Shown: positions 57,840 through 64,000 of the stretch, in pieces
Numbering within the stretch: the first letter of the stretch is position 1
Layout of the letters: every line of letters begins with the position of its first letter
Position numbers and translations under genes: made by a program
Source of the DNA: Octopus vulgaris
Lineage: Eukaryota
Length of the DNA stretch: 64,000 nucleotides
NCBI GenBank assembly: GCA_951406725.2
Contig: OX597820.1
Location: 7,378,001-7,442,000 of the forward strand
Reading direction: 5' to 3'
The notes under the pieces: model-generated
The model's input: only the letters and a program-made list of their open reading frames with translations
Told to the model about the DNA's origin: nothing
Databases searched by the model: none

Positions 57840-58400
57840 GGTAGTGTTGTCTTTCCTCTCACAGTATAGATTGCATGTAAGGTCTCTTTACGCATTCGAT
57901 TATGCCTCATGTCCCATCTTTGCTATGACGCCACTTTGCATTAGTTCAGAACATGTTCCACTGTTTATTTACCTTAACAGAGGGAGCATGCAGGGTTATC
58001 TTATTTCACCATCCCCATCACTAGAAATGCATTTTAGGGCAAGAAGTACTTCACTCACCTAAAAAAATGAAGCTGACCTCCAAGATGTTCTCTGGTTGGT
58101 AAGTGTTCAAAGCCCACAACAGTGAGACTAAATGGGACACCAAGACACATTCTGATACATTTCTTAACCTTGGATTCCACTGTCCAAATTTGCTGGTATC
58201 ATATATCAACAAAAGCGAGAGAAGGTACGATATTAACACGAACTGCAGGTACCAAACTTTGTATTTCCTAGAGAAGAGTCATTAGTCTATTGTTTATCGA
58301 GTTGCCATTCTACCTTCCAAGCTTCTTCACTGCTTCTTTGGCCATTGTTGTAATGCGTTGGTTGGCGAACAATCAGGCCCGGTCGCATACCTTCCCTCTC
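57840..58400 (-). mobile_element. Highly decayed Hero-like (R2-group) LINE RT fragment
   Basis: Across frameshifts it reads RITTMAKEAVKKLGR*…KYKVWYLQFVLISYLLSLLLIYD…VESKVKKCIRMCLGVPFSLTVVG. This resembles the Hero motifs IPT..E.PVKSLGRW, GK.K.W..Q…LLWPLL.YE and RKWLG.P. Confidence 0.6.
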
Positions 58401-58780
58401 CATACTGAATATTTGTATTTGCTGTTTGGTTTCAAACACACATACACATACACACACACACGTAACTGTTTATCTTTCATTTTGTTTTAGTAATTACAGT
58501 GTGGCCTTGTTGGAGCACCGCCTTTGTTTTTAGTCGAACAAATCTCACACAGCTTTTATAAAGCTAGTACATATTTTGCCCAACCGCGAGGTTATGACAG
58601 AATTACCAAACCCAGATCAGTTCTCAAAACAGTGGGAGTAGGAGCAAGCACACACACACACACACACTTACGGACGTATGTACGTATGTATGCATGTATG
58701 TATGTATGTATGTATGTATGTATGTGCGTATGTGTGTATGTATGTACGTATGTATGTATGTATGTATGTATGTATGTATG

Positions 58781-59338
58781 TCAGGTCACTTTCGAGTGCT
58801 ACTAGTAACATGTAACCCAGTACAACCTGTTGCATGGTCGGGTCGCCGGCGATTAAACTGGCAACCCCACCAAGCTTGCTTGGTGAGGAGGGTGTTTATT
58901 GGACACCCTGCGAGATGAAAAACAAAACCCGCCAAAGGGCGGAGGAACTCTTGAGAGTCAACGGCCATCCAATAAATGTCTTAAAGCTGTCTCATGGGCG
59001 GGTACATAGAAATAATCGGACTGAATACCCGATCGCCCAGTTAAACCATTGGGAGCGAAGGACTCCTAGCCTTTGTTAGGGCATCCTTCTAGGAGAAGGT
59101 AACTCAGGTGACTGGGATAACTCCGACATAAAACCTGCGGCTCAGTGGTTAACGATGATGTTGACTTGTTCTTCTTTTCGGATTATGGCTGCTGTCGCTT
59201 TGTGAGTGGGATTGACTCAGTGCACAGCCTTTCCTCACTTTAAAAAAAATCTTCTTGCACAGGCATTGCACGATAACAACATTGATTAAGCTTCGTGCAA
59301 TGGCCATACTCGATAACGAGGGGGTAGCCACCAAGTAT
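58781..59338 (+). mobile_element. Non-autonomous RTE-derived element inserted in the internal microsatellite of a degenerate SINE-B (58480-58650, 59340-59460)
   Basis: RTE-5'UTR-like motifs aaaacccgccaaagggcggagga and tagggcatccttctaggagaaggtaactc, no ORF, TATG at both boundaries. Confidence 0.6.
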
Positions 59339-60642
59339 GTATTACGGTCTCTTTCAGTTTCCGTCTACGAAATCCAGTGAAAACTCTGAAGAGATTTTCC
59401 CAGGTTGTCACACACTAGGACTGAAACCGTATGTCGCCACATCTGCATCCGAATTCCTTACACATTCTTTTTCTCTGTATGGTTTTTTAACATTTTTATT
59501 TTTTCGTTCTGACCACCCCACCTCCTCATTTTTTTTCTTCTCGATACTTTCTGCCGATGAGCGTAGACTCGAAACGTCAAACACTTTTCCATTTTTCCCT
59601 AGCGTTAAACTTATACACCTGCGTCTTTGGTTTTTCTGTAACTTTGAACTATATATATATTACTTGTATGCACACACACACACACACACACGCGACATAG
59701 ACACGCATACAAACATTCACACACACACACACACACCTATATACAGAATAAAACATGTCGCCTACAAGCATATTTTTTCTCATTTCACTAAACTGGCTCT
59801 AAGTATATAATTATTGACAACTTATTTATAATTTATTCATTCATTTTAAAACGAGACTCTGTCAAAACATTAACATACAAATACAAACTTGCTAATTTTT
59901 ACATTCATTTGTTTCTAATTTTTGTTTTATACTTTTAGGTTTATATTTGTCTTTCTTTACCCATTTGTTTGTTTTTTTCTTCGGCATTACTTGTTGGCAT
60001 TAATTTTAAATGTTCCGTTATTTAAGTTTTGTTTCTCATGTTATTGCTAGTTTTTTCTTGGGTTTTTCTTGGTCTTTTTATCGAATTCTTATTGTGGTTT
60101 CGCTAGTGATGACACGTGGCTCAGTGGTTAAAATGTTAGGCTCACGGTCTGAGGTTACAAGACCAATCACATCACTTAATTTGTTTCTTTAACTGGTCGC
60201 TGGCAGTACATTATTTAATGTTTCACTTTAGGACGGTTTTTTTATTAAAACAGATCAATGAAGGAGTTATCATCCGGGCCCAAGAACCCTTTGGCTTTCA
60301 TGCAACAACTTCAGTTTTCTGCAAGAATTCTGGAACCCAAACCCTCAAATCAATGATATCAGGTTATCTATGTTTCTACCAGCTGTACACGCTACCATCA
60401 GCACAATATAAATGATACCTTCAACGCCTACCTTCCACGTTTTTCTGTCAGTGTTTTTTCCTGTTCCAGCACTATTTCAAATTAGTATATTCCAAAAACA
60501 AAAAGAATAAGAATATCGATGTCAAGAGATACTGTACAGCGTAATAGATATTGCATTCGCATCACTCGCTACCTATGCAAATTCCACACAGCAGATTTTT
60601 CTAAGAAGCAGAAACACGCGCACACAGACACACACATATACA

Positions 60643-60848
<206 letters not shown>

Positions 60849-60976
60849 CCTATCTATCTATCAATCAATCAATCTACCTACCTATATATATATATGTATA
60901 TATATACATGTGTGTGTGAGTGTGTGTATGTGTGTGTGCATAAATATAGATATATCCAAGAATGTATGTATATAAG

Positions 60977-61020
<44 letters not shown>

Positions 61021-61121
61021 GTATATGTATATATACCTACTGCAGGATAAAAACTTTTTCGGGAAAATAATTTCATCAATGGCCAGCATATCAAAAAATA
61101 CCTTTAAAGGTTAATTTATAA

Positions 61122-61491
<370 letters not shown>

Positions 61492-61682
61492 TGTGTATAT
61501 ATAAATATATATATAACACACATATATATATATAGATACATATATATATATACATATATATACACATATATATATAGATAGATACATATATATACATATA
61601 TATATCTACATATATACATACATATACATATACATATATACATACATATACATATACATATATACATATATATATATATATG

Positions 61683-61794
<112 letters not shown>

Positions 61795-61895
61795 TATATA
61801 TATGCGTATATGTATATGTATATGTATATATATATGTATATATATATGCAGATATATATATATATATATATCTACATATATATATACATATACAT

Positions 61896-61928
<33 letters not shown>

Positions 61929-61987
61929 TGCATATATATATATACATACATATATATATATACATACATATATAAATACATACGTAA

Positions 61988-62030
<43 letters not shown>

Positions 62031-64000
62031 TATAAACACACACATACACACAAATATATATATATATACTTACATACATAATTCTTGGATATATCTATGT
62101 ATGTATGTATGTATGTATGTGTGTGCGTGCAAACATACCTCAACATATACATTTGTGTGCATGTGCGTGTGTAAGAGTGTGTATGCAGGCGTGCGTATGT
62201 GATTTTTTTTAACGTGCGGAAAGTGACTCAATTACTGAGAGTCTCGTGAATGGCACTATCCATCCACGTCAGGAACTCCGGGCACTTGAGTCACTTTTGT
62301 AACTTTCTCCCGATTATAAATAAAAGGGCCGATATATATATATATATGCTTATATGGAGTTCCATTTTTCCTCTTTGTTCTACCAATCGTACGATACGCA
62401 TGCATATACATGTGTGTACATGTATGTATGTATGTATGTATACATGTATGTGTGTATATATGCATGTATGTATAGGAGCACACTTATGCATGTACTATAC
62501 ACACACACAAACACTTCTAAATCTACACACACATGATAGGATTTCATATAAGATTTTTATTTAGGACCATTTTTTTTTCTTTTCCTAAATATTGATGTCA
62601 CCAATCATATTCATTGATGGCGGACGCTGGGAATTGTGTAAAAATACTCCGCATGCAACATTTGTCAATCAAGTTCTAGATCTTACATCACCAATTACCC
62701 AGGGATAGCGGCATGTTTTTCGATGACATGTCTTTTCTTCTCCTCATCCATTCAACTTCTGTCTCTTCTCTCCCACAATCATTTTTTTTTTCATATATAT
62801 ATATTATTTGTTTCAGGCATTTCTTCTTTCACAGATGAGATATTAAGCAAGTAAAGATATAGATTTATGGCTATTTTCTTGCTTTTTGGCACCAGATCAA
62901 CTTTACTTAAGCAGAACCTATGATATATGATATTTTAGCTATGACCATTCCATATTTCTGAGAGCTTTTAGGACTGCACAAGCTGTGTCTCGTCTTAATA
63001 TAGAAGGGAAAAGTTTGATTTAAAGGTGATATGGCTGCTATCTTTTCCAGGTGGAGCGACCAGATACAGGTTAGTTAAAAGGGGCTGATTATCATTTTCA
63101 TCTTATGTCCCATTTTTACGGTAAGTTTTGCTCCTCTTTCAGATTTTAGCTGTCCGAAATCTAATCCTATTTATTGGAAAATGGACGATGCTGCAGGCCA
63201 TCTTATCATATGGAAGGTCAGGAGGATTTACAATAACTGCCATCTTTAATTGCTCCCTAACATACAATTATTGTTTTAATCACCTTCTTGGGGTTTATAG
63301 GTGTCAGATGTCAGACCTACTCCGGAAAAGAAGCCGTATTTTTAGAAGATATACAGTATGTAGAGAGGTTAAATTCCAGGCATCACTACGGAACGATAGA
63401 CTATGGCCAATACTGTCGATATTATAATGGCAGACACAGTTTCTAGAACATCTTAATTAGTTCATTTCTCAACTCATTCTTCTCACATTCCAATTCTCAC
63501 AGTTTTTATCCGCAGAGATTTTTCTCTCGCCTTTTTGTCATTTCTCAAATATTCATTAAAACAACAACAAAAAAAAAAACACAATTGTCTATCTTACAGG
63601 ATATTTTTACTCTTGTGTGGTTATATGTGTTTCCAGTTCTTGTAGGAATACTTTGCACTGAATATATCAACTCAATAAAAATTTACTTAAGGTTAAACAA
63701 CAGCAATAACGTTGATGAACAGTTCGTTAATTGTCATAAAACAGCTAAAATAGCTAAAAACCAAACTTGTTAAATAAATGTCTTATTGTAAACCTCGGTC
63801 ACTATGAGAAGCTTCAAATTAAATAGCATCTCCATCAACAGGTCATTCCATTCATTCAATGGCACCTGTATCACCGAGGCACCAGTGTACTGAACTAAAT
63901 GGAAATCGTATAATATTATTGAAAATAATTATGACTTTTTAGGCTCAGGAAGTTCTATGTACACCAACCTAATTTCTCTGACAACACTTCACGAAAGGGA

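Overview
This is AT-rich, microsatellite-dense eukaryotic DNA with one 100-N assembly gap. It is most likely an Octopus or other cephalopod genome, inferred from the SINE families and repeat landscape. No intact host protein-coding gene can be supported, and almost all listed ORFs are translations of microsatellites. The window holds: (i) a near-intact 5'-truncated Tx1/L1-group LINE inserted in (GATA)n, plus a second 3'UTR-only copy; (ii) four tRNA-head SINE families, labelled A-D here; (iii) decayed R4/Dong, Hero-like, CR1-like, Penelope-like, RTE-derived and maT (DD37D) elements; (iv) a ~7.6-kb, highly diverged, single-orientation tandem array of ~47-53-bp units (7870-15470); and (v) several long inverted repeats. 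The most notable observation is that the SINE-A 3' tail matches the Tx1-like LINE 3' end, a candidate SINE-LINE partnership. SINE-A copies also repeatedly insert just 5' of GGTAYT, a motif present inside SINE-A itself, which produces self-nesting. Coordinates of degenerate elements are approximate.
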